Shown: one piece after another, positions 34,624 through 48,100 of the stretch | Numbering within the stretch: the stretch's first letter is position 1 | Layout of the letters: each line of letters starts with the position of its first letter | Origin: Cirrosporium novae-zelandiae | Taxonomy: Eukaryota | DNA length: 64,000 bases | Reading direction: 5' to 3' | Assembly (NCBI GenBank): GCA_026023565.1 | Contig: JAPETS010000019.1 | Coordinates: 62,001 to 126,000, forward strand | Notes under the pieces: model-generated | The model's database searches: none | The model's input: only the letters and a program-made list of their open reading frames with translations | Told to the model about the DNA's origin: nothing | Program-made: the position numbers and the translations under genes

Positions 34624-37600
34624 ATGTCTGAGCATTTTCCAGACCCCCCTGCCGGAGATAATACGGAACCGACGTTCTCGCACCCAATTACCACTAATCA
34701 AAACGTGGATGCACAACCATCGCCACATGAGCCGTCGGTGTCATCGATTCCATCATCTCCCCGACTCCCCGCTAGCGGTACTAGGCCTAGTGCCTTTGAC
34801 AGAGGATCAATTATATCTACCTCATCTATGCCCATGGAGTCTCCATTATCGAGTCCTGGTCTACAGAACCGAGTGTTTCCCATCAGATCTGTTGTCTCGG
34901 TCGACCCTACGCCAGGCTCATTGGATACAAGTGGCTATGGATTTCCGAATATGGGTCCTTCGCGTGTTAGCCAACCCCCTACCGAATATTATACGCGAAG
35001 TCGGCAGTACTCTCAAGCCTCCTTTACGAGTAGTTATCGACAATCACCTGTGCCACAGACACCGTTAGAACGAACCGACGTAACCAGTAGCAGACAATAC
35101 CCTCTGGATACCCTAGATAGCACTGCAGGACCGTCGCGGAGTAGTTCACGGGCCTTCTACAGAGGCAATTCTAGGAAGAGAGAAAGGAGGAGCTCCTCGC
35201 ATCTTGTTGATGCCAATTTGCTCTTTTCTGGTGAAGATGATTTGTCACTAAAATCTGATAGTACGGCGAGCTCGGTACAAGGCACTGCAAGTAAAGGTGG
35301 TAGTCAGTTTGCTGGAGATTTGGAAAACCCTCGTTTGGTAACAACGAGGTTTAAGCATGTGATAACCGATGGTGGCCATGCAGTCGTCACTGGGCGGGAT
35401 GGTGATATATTACAGAGATGTGAAGATGAGCCAATCTGCATACCTGGAGCAATACAAAGCTTTGGTTTTCTAATAGCGTTTGATGAGGATGTGGATCGGA
35501 AGCTTGTTATCAGAATCGTCAGCGAAAACTCGAAACAGCTTATTGGTTACTCTCCCGCACAATTATTTGCATTGGACTCCTTCTGCGATATATTGTCAGA
35601 GGAGCAAGTCGATAATCTCTTGGATCATATTGACTTCGTTCGAGAAGATGATACCATTGACACTGCCGAGAGCGGACCAGAAATATTTACCCTGTCGATC
35701 CGAACGCCACATAAACGAAGTCAAAAATTATGGTGTGCCCTACATGCTAATGATAAGAACCCTGACCTCATAATTTGCGAATTTGAGCTAGAAGACGATA
35801 AAGATAATCCTCTAGTGCCTATGGGCGTGACAACCCCGGAGCTTGTAGAGAATACCTTGGGAAGCGACCCCACCGCAGAAGAATTAGCGGAGAGTACTAT
35901 CAACATAAGCAGGCCATTAAGGGTACTTAGGAGTGCAAGAAAAAAGAAGGGGGATGCCGCTGCCATGGAAGTCTTTAATGTCATATCGCAAGTCCAGGAG
36001 CAGTTGGCGAATGCAGCGAACCTGGAAATCTTTCTTAAAGTCCTAGTGGGTGTGATCAAAGAACTCACCGGTTTCCACCGAGTAATGATATATCGATTTG
36101 ATCAAGCATGGAATGGCAAAGTCGTCACCGAACTTGTTGACCGAAGGGCTACGATGGATCTCTACAAAGGGTTGCATTTTCCCGCTTCCGACATTCCAAA
36201 ACAGGCGCGGGAGCTTTACAAGATAAATAAAGTTCGTCTCCTTTACGATCGTGACCAGGAAACGTCACGATTAGTCTGCAGAACCATAGATGACCTGGAT
36301 CCTCCACTTGACATGACCCATTGCTTCCTTCGAGCTATGTCGCCCATCCATATCAAGTACCTTTCTAATATGGCCGTCCGGTCGTCAATGTCGATATCAA
36401 TTAATGCTTTCAACGAGTTATGGGGTCTCATATCCTGCCACTCCTATGGACCTAGGGGAATGAGAGTTTCCTTTCCCATTCGTAAGATGTGTCGCTTGGT
36501 TGGGGATTCAGCATCCAGGAATATCGAACGTCTATCATATGCCTCGCGATTGCAGGCACGCAAGCTCATCAACACTGTACCGACGGAGCGAAATCCTTCT
36601 GGCTATATCATTGCATCATCGGAAGACCTTCTCAAATTGTTCGATGCCGACTGTGGAATGCTTTCAATTCGTGATGAAACCAAAATTCTAGGAAAGATTG
36701 GTAATTCTCAAGAAGCACTAGCTATGCTTGAGTATCTCCGAGTGCGAAAGTTTTTATCGGTTATGAGTTCACAAGATGTTAGGGTTGACTTCCCGGATCT
36801 CCGGTATCTACCGGGTTTCCGGGTTATTGCAGGTCTTTTGTTAGTCCCTCTGTCGGCTGGAGGCCAAGATTTCATCGTTTTCTTCCGACAAAGCCAACCC
36901 CGAGAGGTAAAATGGGCCGGGAATCCATATGAAAAGGTCATAAAGGAAGGTACAGAAGCGTACCTGGAGCCGCGAAAAAGCTTTCGAATCTGGAGTGAAA
37001 AGCTTCAAGGGAAATGCAAGGGGTGGACAGAAGAACAAGTGGAGACAGCTGCAGTGCTATGCCTTGTCTATGGCAAATTCATTGAAGTGTGGAGGCAAAA
37101 GGAGGCAGCACTTCAAAGCAGTCAATTGACAAAGCTCTTGCTAGCCAATTCCGCACATGAGGTCAGAACCCCACTGAATGCAATCATTAACTACCTGGAG
37201 ATAGCGATGGAGGGTTCCCTCGATCACGAGACTCGTGAAAACCTTGCGAAATCCCATTCAGCTTCAAAATCGCTGATTTATGTTATCAACGACTTGCTCG
37301 ATCTGACAAAGGCGGAGGAGGGCCATAGTCTACTCAAAGTAGAGAAGTTTGATCTTTTTGAAACCATCCGAGAGGCCACAGACCCATTTAAAGGAGATGC
37401 CAGGAGAAAGAATATTGACTTTGAAGTGATTCAACACCCTGGACTTCCTCAATATGTGCTCGGAGATCAGAGACGAATACGTCAAACCCTTTCGAATGTA
37501 ACTGCTAATGCTATTCAACATACTACCGTTGGCGGAGTGAAGGTGGAGGCGTGGTTGGCCCAGAAAGAAGGCGGACGAGCAGAAGTTGAATTCGCAATCG

Positions 37601-39117
37601 AAGACTCTGGCTCAGGAATGACCCAACATAAACTCGATACTTTATTCCAAGACCTTGAACAGGTGACGTCTGAAGAGGATGATTTACTAGACGATCAACT
37701 TATGGCAGATGATCATCGGATTGGAAATACAGATAAGGATGGTAAACGAGCTTTAGGACTGGGCCTTGCAATAGTGGCAAGGTTTATTCGGAACACTGAT
37801 GGGCAACTACGACTGAAATCTGAAGTAGGCAAAGGCTCTAGGTTTGTTGTCAATCTACCCTTTGGTTTACCGGAAGAGCTGGAACTACATTCAGAGAAAC
37901 CTTCAACCTGGTCGTCACAATTCGGTCCGGGAGAGTTTCCTGTTACGCCACCAGCTGCCCCTGAAGGGGAGGTTATGCTTGTTAGCAAAGACTCTGGTAG
38001 GAAGAACCATGGAAGTCCTATCATACACATGGCACGAAAGCATAGTGTCAATAGTTTAGCAAGTCATAGTAGTGGGAAGAGCCACAGAAGCCACTCCACC
38101 GGAAGAAGCATCAGAAGCGATGTGGATCGGCTTATCGATGCCATCAAAGAACCGTACATGGTGCAAGAATTGGGACCCCCCTTAACCAACCGGGATAGGG
38201 GATTCAAAGTTTCAGCGACATACGCTGGATCCCCTCAAAGGAGACCTGAACCGAGGAGAGCCAGCAGCATGGATCACATTGTTCCAGAACACTTGCGGTC
38301 AATAAGTGCTTCTCGAGGCAAGAGACACATTATAGATTTAAGAGTACCCTTGAGTGCTATTAAGATACCTGATGAACCAGACTTGAAGTCCATGGAGATG
38401 AAGTCCAGCTCGGCGTCAAAAAATACTTCTGCCAAAGGTTCGGATAAAGGCCATATGAACGTTCTGGTTGCAGAGGATGATCCTATCAATAGTAGAATCG
38501 TCAAAAAACGGCTAGAAAAATCTGGTCATATAGTGCATCTAACAGTTAATGGGGAAGAATGTGCCAGAGCCTATTATAATCGCCCAGCACCGTTCGACGT
38601 TGTCCTCATGGACATGCAGGTAAAAGGGTCTATATAATCCTAAATTTGCTATTCTAACATTGTGCAGATGCCAATAGTTGACGGTCTAACTTCAACCAAA
38701 ATGATTCGATTATTTGAAAAGTCACAAAATTCTCAACTTTTGTCTCGCCGAGCTGCTTACCACAACCGTGTCCCTATTTTTGCAGTATCTGCCTCCCTGG
38801 TTGAGAATGATCGCAATGTCTATGTTGAGGCAGGGTTCGACGGTTGGATTCTGAAGCCTATAGATTTCAAACGTGCAGACTTTCTTCTTGCTGGAATTTT
38901 CGACGAAGTGAAAAGAGACCAGGCTTGCTACCAACCAGGCAGTTGGGAGTGTGGTGGCTGGTTTGAAAGTAGGCGATCCGATATCTTTACAGCACATACT
39001 AGACATTCAGGACGGCGAATGCTTTTTACTAAGCCGCTAGCACAACCCTTTGTGGACGGTGCAGCAGATGATAATAAATCGACCAACTCGTATACACACA
39101 GAAGCCAGTCGCTCTGA
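34624..39117 (+). CDS. fphA: Fungal phytochrome (NTE-PAS-GAF-PHY-HisKA-HATPase-REC); 2 exons
   Basis: Bilin-binding Cys in RCEDEPI; LHFPASDIP; SPIH; WAG and PRKSF tongue motifs; SAHEVRTPLN H-box; LGLGLAIV; REC VLVAEDD...LMDMQ|MP; intron 38620-38667. Confidence 0.96.
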
Positions 39118-42100
39118 ACATCTAGTGACTTATCCGCCTCAGTGTCTACGACCCTAAACGAATTAAGACGACTTGGGTTTACGATCCTTAATTGCGCTCT
39201 TTTTGCGCCTCTAATGGAATGCCTTTTTGTATTCCCCAGCAAAAAATTCTAACGGCCTTGGTTCAAAGGAGTTTACATTTCCGAAGGCCCCGGGTAATGA
39301 ATAGGAGTTTTGCCACCATCCACCCCACAAGGCCGATTGCATGATGAAATTTTTCAAATGTAATGTGTCTATAATTTCCTGATTGTTAATTCCACGTCTT
39401 GCTGCCTCTATTTGTATATTGCATAGAACCAAAACGGACTAAGCTTTCACGGGCTATTATTCCCTGTAGAATTTTGGGTGGTCAATTTTGTTACTTGTTT
39501 TATTTAGCGGGAGGAGCAATATTGGCGTAACCAACATTTAAGGGGATAGTTGGGTCAGATATCAAAATAGGCTTGGGGCGGAAGGGTGTTGCAACGGTGG
39601 TTATGCTATTGACGCATACGTGTACGGCGATGAGAACAGCAATGGGGTTAAGTCACGGCAGATGGCGTATGCTCCTGTGAAAAAAAGAAAGATAAGGGAG
39701 GAACGTGGTTTTCATTCTCTAGGTACTCGAAATCCTCGGTGACGTCAGAGGAAAATAAAGTTTGATTACTTTAACAGGTAGGGGTTAAATGGATGGCATG
39801 GGTGGTTGAAAGGGCATTTCTTTGTGGTGATTATTGGAATATATATGCGGTTTGGTGTGGGGATGGCCGGTGTGGTTGGTGAATGGGTAGGTCCTGGTCT
39901 ATATACATAGCCCGGTTGGTCACCTAGTTTCTTGTCATAAGAAGTGGCTAAGCTTCAGATGGATGCCAGAGCAAAAAAAAAAAAAACACAGCACAAAAAA
40001 AAAGGGTCGAAGAATAAAAAGGGGGCACGGTTTTCTTCATTTGATTAAAATGAAAATAGAGATTCAGGGTGATTTAATATACACAACGGACCTCTCGCGA
40101 ACACGAATACGAATAACAACGAATATGAACATGATGATTGAATGCTAAGGAGGAATAAGGAATAATACATGAATTGTTTTTTTTTTTTTTGTGAAAGAGA
40201 GAGGAGGGGAATATATAGATATATACACATATACACATATACATATACACAGACAAACCAAAAAAGCAATATTAGGAGAATATATTTATCATAAAGTTTT
40301 TCATGGAAAAAAAATTATGCTAAGAGAATTTGGAAGTTGAGAAAATGAGGAAATGGGTATCGGAAGCGATAGGTTGTTGGTGGTTCACAAATGAATCCCA
40401 TTTCATCCCATATAGACTATATCATATACATATTTATAGCATACTCCTAAAGAGGGAGAAACTATGTGTAAGGCATAATTCAACTTGTCAACTAACTGTA
40501 GCTACGGTTGCTTTCTGGTATATAGTGTGGAGTAGAGTAGGGTAGAGGAAAGAAGAGGAAAAGAGAGAAGAGGAGAGTAGTGCGTGTAGTCGGCGACTAG
40601 GAAGCTAGGAAGCTAACGAAAGAATTTTTTTAAAAAGAAAAGGGAGGGCAAGAAAAGAAAAAAAATTGGAGTTGAGAATGTTTGTGATGATTTATATTAT
40701 TATTATATATCCGCTGCTTGCAGCGGATAGACTATACCCCCACGTCCTTTTTTTTTCTTTGGCTTAGTTAGGTATAAGAATTGTAAGAGTGTTTTGGGCT
40801 TGCCTTTCTGATAATCATGCAGATATTATAGTGTAGTGGTTAAACAAGTAACAAGTAATGAGTAACGCAACGGACCCAAGAGTTAGCCAACGACTGCAAG
40901 TTGGTTCACATTTCACCAAAATTTGATTTATGGCATAAGAGGGTCGGAGCTGGGAGCAACCGACTTTTGGTGAAAGTGAACCAACTTCCGGTGGCTTTCT
41001 CAACTCTGGGTCAAGTTGTATTAATTTCCAAAGAGGGGGGAAAAAAAATTGGTTGGATGTGGTTTGGTGATGGGAAGGTAAATCAGTTCCCACCCCTCCT
41101 TCAACCTTTTTAAGTAGTTGAGTGTTTCTCCTGCAAGGCTCTAGGAGGCAGGTCAGGTTGGTGGAATAGTGGCAAAATATGAGGCGATATTAGGTGATAG
41201 AATTCAAGATGAGGTTTATTTAATATTAGGTGCCAATCCCTACTACCGTCCGTTCCCGCTCTACGAGGTTAATCCATCTAGTATTGGCGTAGTTTACCAT
41301 AGTCTATTCCTATAAAACTTAGTTGTCGCACCTCATAGATGAGTGAGTGAGTGAGATAGAACAAAGGAAATTGATGGATGAGGGGATTTGAATCGCGTTA
41401 ATAATTCTCACAATGGCGACATCTTGCGGTTTTAATAACGCCAAGACCGGTCTAAGACCCTTTCGGGTTTGCTTTTCCACCTAGTTTGGGGTGGCCCGAG
41501 GGTCCTTTTGGACTTTTGGACCCCCCAGATGGGGGGGAAGATAATGGAGGATGAGGAATTGAATGGACTCTTTTTGATCATTTCATTGGATTTGATTTGG
41601 TTTGATTTCTTGTGATGGCTATGTGGAGCTAGCTGGCTTGCTTTGACCTCTTTAGGTTTATCTTGCCCCTTGGATAAAGAATGTAGTTTGGAGATTTGCA
41701 TGATACCTAGGCTGGATTCTTTACCCTGTTACTGTGGTAGGTAGGTAGGTAGGTAGGTAGGTGGTCCTTGGTGCGCTAGGGCCCACGTCCCACTGTGGGA
41801 GCTTTTTTTTCGTTATCTCAACGAGGGTCTGTGCTGCTGTTGGTGGAGAGAACTGTACTATGCAAAGAAAGGGTTGGGACTCGATTCCTATTCCTAAGAG
41901 TATTGAGTGGGTTGGTCACGTTACGCTTTTTGTGGTCTGTAGCGTGCCTTTTTCTCTCTCTGTTGCCTGATGGGTCCAGCTGAGCTAAATGGAACTAGAT
42001 TTGGTTACGGGAGAACAATGAATGTGAATACGAGGGTTGGGTCAGAGCTTGAGAGCGCTGGTGATTGGGCACTGTTGCGATATGTTTTCTTTCTCGCGTT

Positions 42101-42269
42101 TGTCGAGCTAATTAATGTACCCTTGGACAATGGGTCCTTGAATGCTGGGGGGGCTGCCTAGGATAACCGGGTAACCCTAAATGTGGTGGATCGAACGCCG
42201 CTCTATGGAATTAAGTATATGCTCTTTGGACGTCTCAGTTTGGCATCTTCGAAATAATTTTTACCGCTT

Positions 42270-43084
42270 TTACTTTTCTTCTTTCTTGACTGGTTCTGTC
42301 CCCTTCGTCTTCAATTTCTCCTTCTCCTTCCTACGAACTTTCTTCAGTCTGTTCTTCTGCGTTTTTCGGGCCTGGAATTCTTTTTCTCCTGCTTCTGTTT
42401 CTGCTAACTTGGATTTTATTAGGTTTCTTCTTTTTTTACTTTTTCGGCAATGTTTTTTAGAACAGGATCTGCTGTCGAAACTAAGGTCTTTAAAGACAGT
42501 AGGCGCAACTTCTGTCTGGGCTGTTCGCTTCTCTTTCGAGCAGGGGACAACTAAAATAGGTACGAGGTGTCTGACTCTCTTTTCCTCCATCACCAATGAT
42601 GTAGTCCATGAAATGCTATCCTTCAGTGCGAGGACCTGCTCCCCGGACAATGCGGAAGATGCATATTGGGTTTTTGTCCTCGGGGAGGATGGAGAGGCAA
42701 GGTAATATGATGTAGGGCGGGATTGCGGCTGCGGAGGAGTGGGTGGAGGTGTGGAAATATCTACAAGTAGAGGTTGATCGCGAGTGTTGCGGAAGAGTCG
42801 GAATTGATAGGTTTGTGGTCGCGTTTCTTCACCTTGGGCTTGGGATGGGGATGGTTGCGGGGAAGAAGGTGCGAACTGAATGTCGTAGGGGATAGGAAGT
42901 TCGAAGTCTGGTGGAGGTGATGACTCTAATGATGACGATGGGGGTGGAAAGAGATAACTGCGGGAGATGCTGAGCGTATGTTAGCTGTGACGTAGCCATG
43001 ACCCTTGGATCTGATAAACTCGAGAAGGATGGGGAAGGATCCATGAAAAAGGATGAAGAGTGCTTACGGAACTATATCCGTCAT
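42270..43084 (-). CDS. DUF2011-like fungal protein with Lys-rich C-terminus; 2 exons
   Basis: Exons 43084-43068 and 42969-42270 (GTAAGC...GCTAAC...CAG intron) give one ORF with YQFRLF, RPTSYY, YASSALSGEQVL and RKSKKRR. Family assignment is from remembered motifs. Confidence 0.7.
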
Positions 43085-43706
43085 GTTATTTGGTTTTTTT
43101 TGGATCCTTTTGCTCCTGCAAACGTCGTGACGGACTTGTAGAAACGGACTTTTGAAATCGACTTTCCGAACAACGATGGCTCAGTGTTATTGAGCACATT
43201 TGGAAGTAGAGTTTCCTATTGGATTGCGCCATTCAAACAATCAATGATAACGTCGGCTCCGGCGGTGGTTACGATGGTTGGATGCTTTTAGTTGGAACCA
43301 CAGTTCGTATTCTGCAAGCAGCCAGGTGAATAAATAGCCAAGATTAGGCGAGGGGAGGATCAAGACAATCTAGAAATGGAGAAGAGTAATTGGATGAACG
43401 AATAGACTTCTCCAATTGGGTTTCAAATGGAAGGATATTGGAAGTTGATGATTGGCGAGGTGGTAGCAAATTTAGAGGAGGCTAGAAGCTTGAGATCATG
43501 CGATATGGAGGAGGAGATACGGGGTATCTGACCAGGGAGACCTAAATCAGGTCAATAATATATCTGTATAGATGCAAGCTTGTTATTGAAGAGAGAAGAC
43601 CTTTCTTTCTCTCTCTTTTTTTTTTTGACGACGTCTGGACTTGTTTGATAGAGTTGTTGTTGCACTCTGTCGAGAGTTAGTGGTCCCAAGGGGCTTAGAT
43701 GGCCGG

Positions 43707-43766
43707 AAACAGAGCCAAACAGAGCCAAACAGCGCCAAACAGCGCCAAACAGAGCCAAACAGTGCC
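43707..43766. repeat. 10-bp minisatellite (AAACAGNGCC)x6
   Basis: Six units read directly. Confidence 0.9.
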
Positions 43767-44357
43767 ACAAAAGCTTGGCTTGTCGGATATTCTGGAGAGG
43801 TAGGGCTAACAGGGATTCAGCCCTACCCTTTTGAGAGTTTGGTCCATAATTGACCCGAGCTTGCCGGTTTAAGCTCATGGAGGGGCACATGGGGGTACTT
43901 GGTCAAGCCTTTACTTCCCAACTACTTTCTTTATTTCCTTTTGTACCTCGAATTGCCGAATTGTCGATCCGAAAGACGCACGTCACAACACGTGCCCAGC
44001 CAATCACCAGTAGCTACACTTCTCTTCCTGACTGCTCTTAAACATCCTACTATCTCTTCCCTCTGGGGAGTCCCATCCCTCCCAATATTCTAAACAATTC
44101 TGTTATCGTTGTCTAACAATCCCTCATCAACCTTTACACACAGACACACCTTTATTTCATTTCGCTTAGTGGCGCTTACGTATTCTACTTCTGATATAAC
44201 CAATCCTAGAGGCCATTATAGCCGCGTTACCTATTTGACCATTCCTCATCATTCATCTATCCCTATGAGACGACTATCTATTAGCCAGCTTGTCTATTCC
44301 TTACCAGCCTTCTCTCATCATCTTCACACCTCTTTCTATGTTTTCCTCTTGACTTTT

Positions 44358-45191
44358 ATGTCTTCCCTTTTCCGCTCTCTGCGGTTATCACCTCGCTCCG
44401 CCCAAAAATATAGCCAACCTCGCGTGAAGGATGCTCCTACGGCCAGTATGACCTCCGATGAGTTTGTCTTGTAAGTTCTATATCTTATATCGGCTTTCGT
44501 AGTTCAAGATCTAATAAGTAGTAGAAGACAAAATGGAATACGTTTCCTGGATCTTCCAGGGGAAATACGAAACCAAATATACGACTACGCCTTTGTTCCC
44601 AGCGACCCAGTCATACCTTCGTGGGAAGACATGAACCTGCCAACTGACAGTTCTCCGCTCTGCGCTTGCAACATTCCATTTTGTGGTCTTCGTCAAAGCC
44701 TTCTCTGCCATCAAAATGGCGGCTTCCTTGGCTCCTGTCGCCAAATCTCTCTTGAAACCAAGGACTACGTCAAATACCCAGATCTCCTGGTCTTTGGTGA
44801 TAGTAGATGTCTGAATCGGTTTTTGAGGTGTGCCTCGCGTCGCCAGCTAAATATGGTGAAGACATTGATTCTCTGTCCCGACTTCGCAAATCCAGAGGAA
44901 GAAGACGCATGGAGAATGGCCTCTAAGAAGGCTAAAGCGGCTCTCGACCTTGTGGCTAAGGAAAAGGAGAAGAGCGAGAATAAGGACAAGGACAAGATCC
45001 AGGTCCAGGTTCATATGAAATGTATTAATGATGACATGATCAGTATGGTTGGTGACTACACAGCGCACGACTTTTATGGACACTTCTCGCGGGGCCCATG
45101 GCGCTTCGTTAGGGGCGAGCCTAGTTGGAATCATGACTGGATGGAAGGAGCACTAACCTATCACCATGCATTTGATGACATATTTTTCTGA
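44358..45191 (+). CDS. Fungal F-box-like protein; 2 exons
   Basis: Exons 44358-44470 and 44525-45191; FLDLPGEIRNQIYDYAF and FLGSCRQISLE motifs. Confidence 0.72.
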
Positions 45192-48100
45192 GACGATGCT
45201 GGACTATAAAGATACGAGGTTGAAAAGATGTTAATGATGAAGGATATATTACCAATCAGTGATGCCGATCGACTTCTCACAACGAAGGACTTCAAACATG
45301 AATTCGCGGCCTTCACTGAGGTAACATCATTATTCTCCCACCTGCCCAAAAATCTAAATGGCTTCACAGAAGTACATTTCCTCGAATTTATTTACTCAGG
45401 GACGTTAGATTGGCAGGATTGGCGATGGCGAGGCTATTGTTATTAAGTGTTTGCATGCGATACATTTCGGCAATCGGACAAAATTTAAATTGGGTTAGAC
45501 TCACACGTGGAGAAGAAGAAGACTGGTGTCACTCAGTTTCCTCTTTGGAGACAATGTATAGGTATTCTCTCTAAGTCTACTACCCGCCCAAAAAATAGGG
45601 CTTCATAACTAAGCAGCGCTACCGAGGAAGGTAGCTTTGGGGAGGAAATTGGGACTAGCTAGCTAATCCAGTACGAATAACTGGAACTTGACTTAAAAAA
45701 CAACTGGTGGTGCTAAAGAAGCGCAAAAAGCATTGGAGGATAAAATACAACAAATTCAAGCTGCAGTGATAGAAAAACACTACTAGATACATACATGGCT
45801 AGAATAAATATCACTGATTATAGCAAACCAACCGAGCTTAGACTAGAATGTTCTCCCCTCTCCTAACATTAATTCTCAAGGTCCCTAATAGGGGCCATAT
45901 CTCCTATCTTCCATCATACGCCCATCAACCACATCTACGCGCTGACCTAAATTTCCGAAAAAAAAAATTATTCTATTCTCCCTTCCCTTCCCTTCCCTCC
46001 CGCCAACATCTCCCGTCTTCCCGTCCCCGTGTCCCGGTGACGCATAATAAATAAATAACCATTCAAAACTTTCCTCAAGCCACCGACCACCGACTACCGA
46101 TCAAAATTAAACTGTGAAAATTTCTAGAGAGGGGAGGGGAGCACGTGGGGAGGGAGGAGGGGGTAAGGACTTATATTTTTATGGGTTATGGGGTGGGGAT
46201 GTTGATGGATGGATGGATGGGCGTCGGTGGATGGATTACTAAGTACTACACGGCTTTGACGAGACTCGATTGGATTGGATGATTTGAGAGGAGAGGAGAG
46301 GAGAGGAGGGGAGAGGAATCATACATCACACACCCCTCTTTTGATAATTTGAATCGCCATTCCATATTCCATATTCTATACTTACACTTATACTTATATT
46401 TATAAATACATCCCCTTTCATTTTTCACAAGGGATTGGATATCAGATAGGTGATGTAATTTTCTTTCTTGATTTTTTAGCTGCTGCTGCTGGAAAGGATT
46501 GCCTTGATTCCTATACATATACACAGACACGCACGCATAGTCTAACGTTTCAGTCTGGCTAAATCTTTCATGTGTGTGTGTTCTTCTAGGATAGGACTTG
46601 TGCGATACTGGCCACTATATATACCCAGCTAGATATAATGCGTACGAAGTGTGGGGAGAGGTATGGTCTGGTCTTTCTTGGTCAGTATGAGAAATTTTGA
46701 AGGCGTTGAGTTTTGAAAAAAAAATTTGATGGGTAGTGAAGGTGTGGGTTAGCTGGGATTTTGCTGTTCATCTGTCGCTGGAGTGTGTGTGGGGGGGGGT
46801 TCTTTTTGATGGAGTTTGGCTGTGGATGTGGATGTGGATGAGGGATTCGGTGTTGGCGTGGTTTGGATGGTATTGGGGGGGTGGATAGGTATGTAGGTAA
46901 GTAAGCAAGGAAGAACAGCAAAGCACATGATAGTGGAATATCTTTCCCGTGTTGGATGTCTTCAGATTTGTCGTGATATCCCGAGCGACGAGGACAAACA
47001 TAGTTCGATGGGATATACTATGTTATCTATGAAGGCGAGTTTGGAGAGTCAAGTCTACCGGTCTTGGGCTTTCTGCAGCTTTCGAGTCTTTTAGTTTTAT
47101 TTAGTTGTGAGCTACTGAGCTTCTGAGCCACTGCTGGTGGTGTTGGTGGGGTAGTAGTCGATAGCGAGTCTTTGTTCCTTCGCTTTGTAGGTTTGGGTTT
47201 GTTTCTCGGTATAGGGTTGAGGTAAGAGTGGTTGTACGTCTCTAGTTAGTTTACTTATGCTGCCTTTATCGTTGATGTGGAAGAAGATATCGAAAAGGTT
47301 GAAATTGGAGGTAAGCTTTGACGGTTTTATTAATATGCTGATTGCTCAGTTGTTCGTTTTGTGTAGATAATTGTAGGGATCCCGTCACAGTCACGATCTA
47401 TAAAGTCTACACAGAGAAAAGAAATCCGCACAATATTCCAGCAGGGGTAATCGTAAATAAAGGTTGATGAATCGCATGATTGATTCTTGTGCGGAAAATG
47501 AGCTCCGACTTGTTGAATATGCCAAGATGCTTCGCGGAGCACGGCTTTGTCATTATGGTCGTCGCAGTCGGTATCCACGAGTCCCCGGAGTGAGCGAATG
47601 CATATGATGGTTGGTCATCCCCGTAAGTAATCTCTCTACACGAGAGGGTTGTTCTAGAATCTTGTCAATGTTGTTCGTTATACGCACATACATACGGACA
47701 TGTAATCATTATTCAGAGTGACCCTCAACAAGCCCCCAGAGAAGGGTATGTCATTTGAAGCAGACATGGTACCTTTTAAGGGTGTGATGAGAGAGCATCG
47801 ACCTCATTTTATAAAGGCGAAAGAGAAAAAGTAAATGCGAAACTCAGCAACTAATGGTCCCGAGAAAAAACTCTTTCGATTATTGGCTATCATCCAGTAC
47901 CTAGCGGTGGTGCGCACCTAGAAGCTTCCCCTAAGACGTAGTATTCCTGGCTTCAAAAACCAAGAAGGCTAGCAATTATTCAAATTGCAGATAAATTTAG
48001 ATGAAAGGCAAGTGTTAATATGTTGTGCTAGCAGTTGGGAAGGGGCTTGAGTAGGTAGCTAAAGACATCCGCACACCAGCAAGGCAGTTTATTCAATTGA

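Noticed and set aside
39960..41770. Short ORFs in the low-complexity region after the phytochrome
   Set aside because: They arise from poly-A/T tracts and microsatellites; no coding signal.
43707..43766. CRISPR-like or amyloid-encoding repeat
   Set aside because: Head-to-tail minisatellite without spacers and not in a credible gene.
47580..47770. Possible structured ncRNA (U3-like or tRNA)
   Set aside because: No convincing box motifs or cloverleaf; it reads better as a degraded spliced gene.
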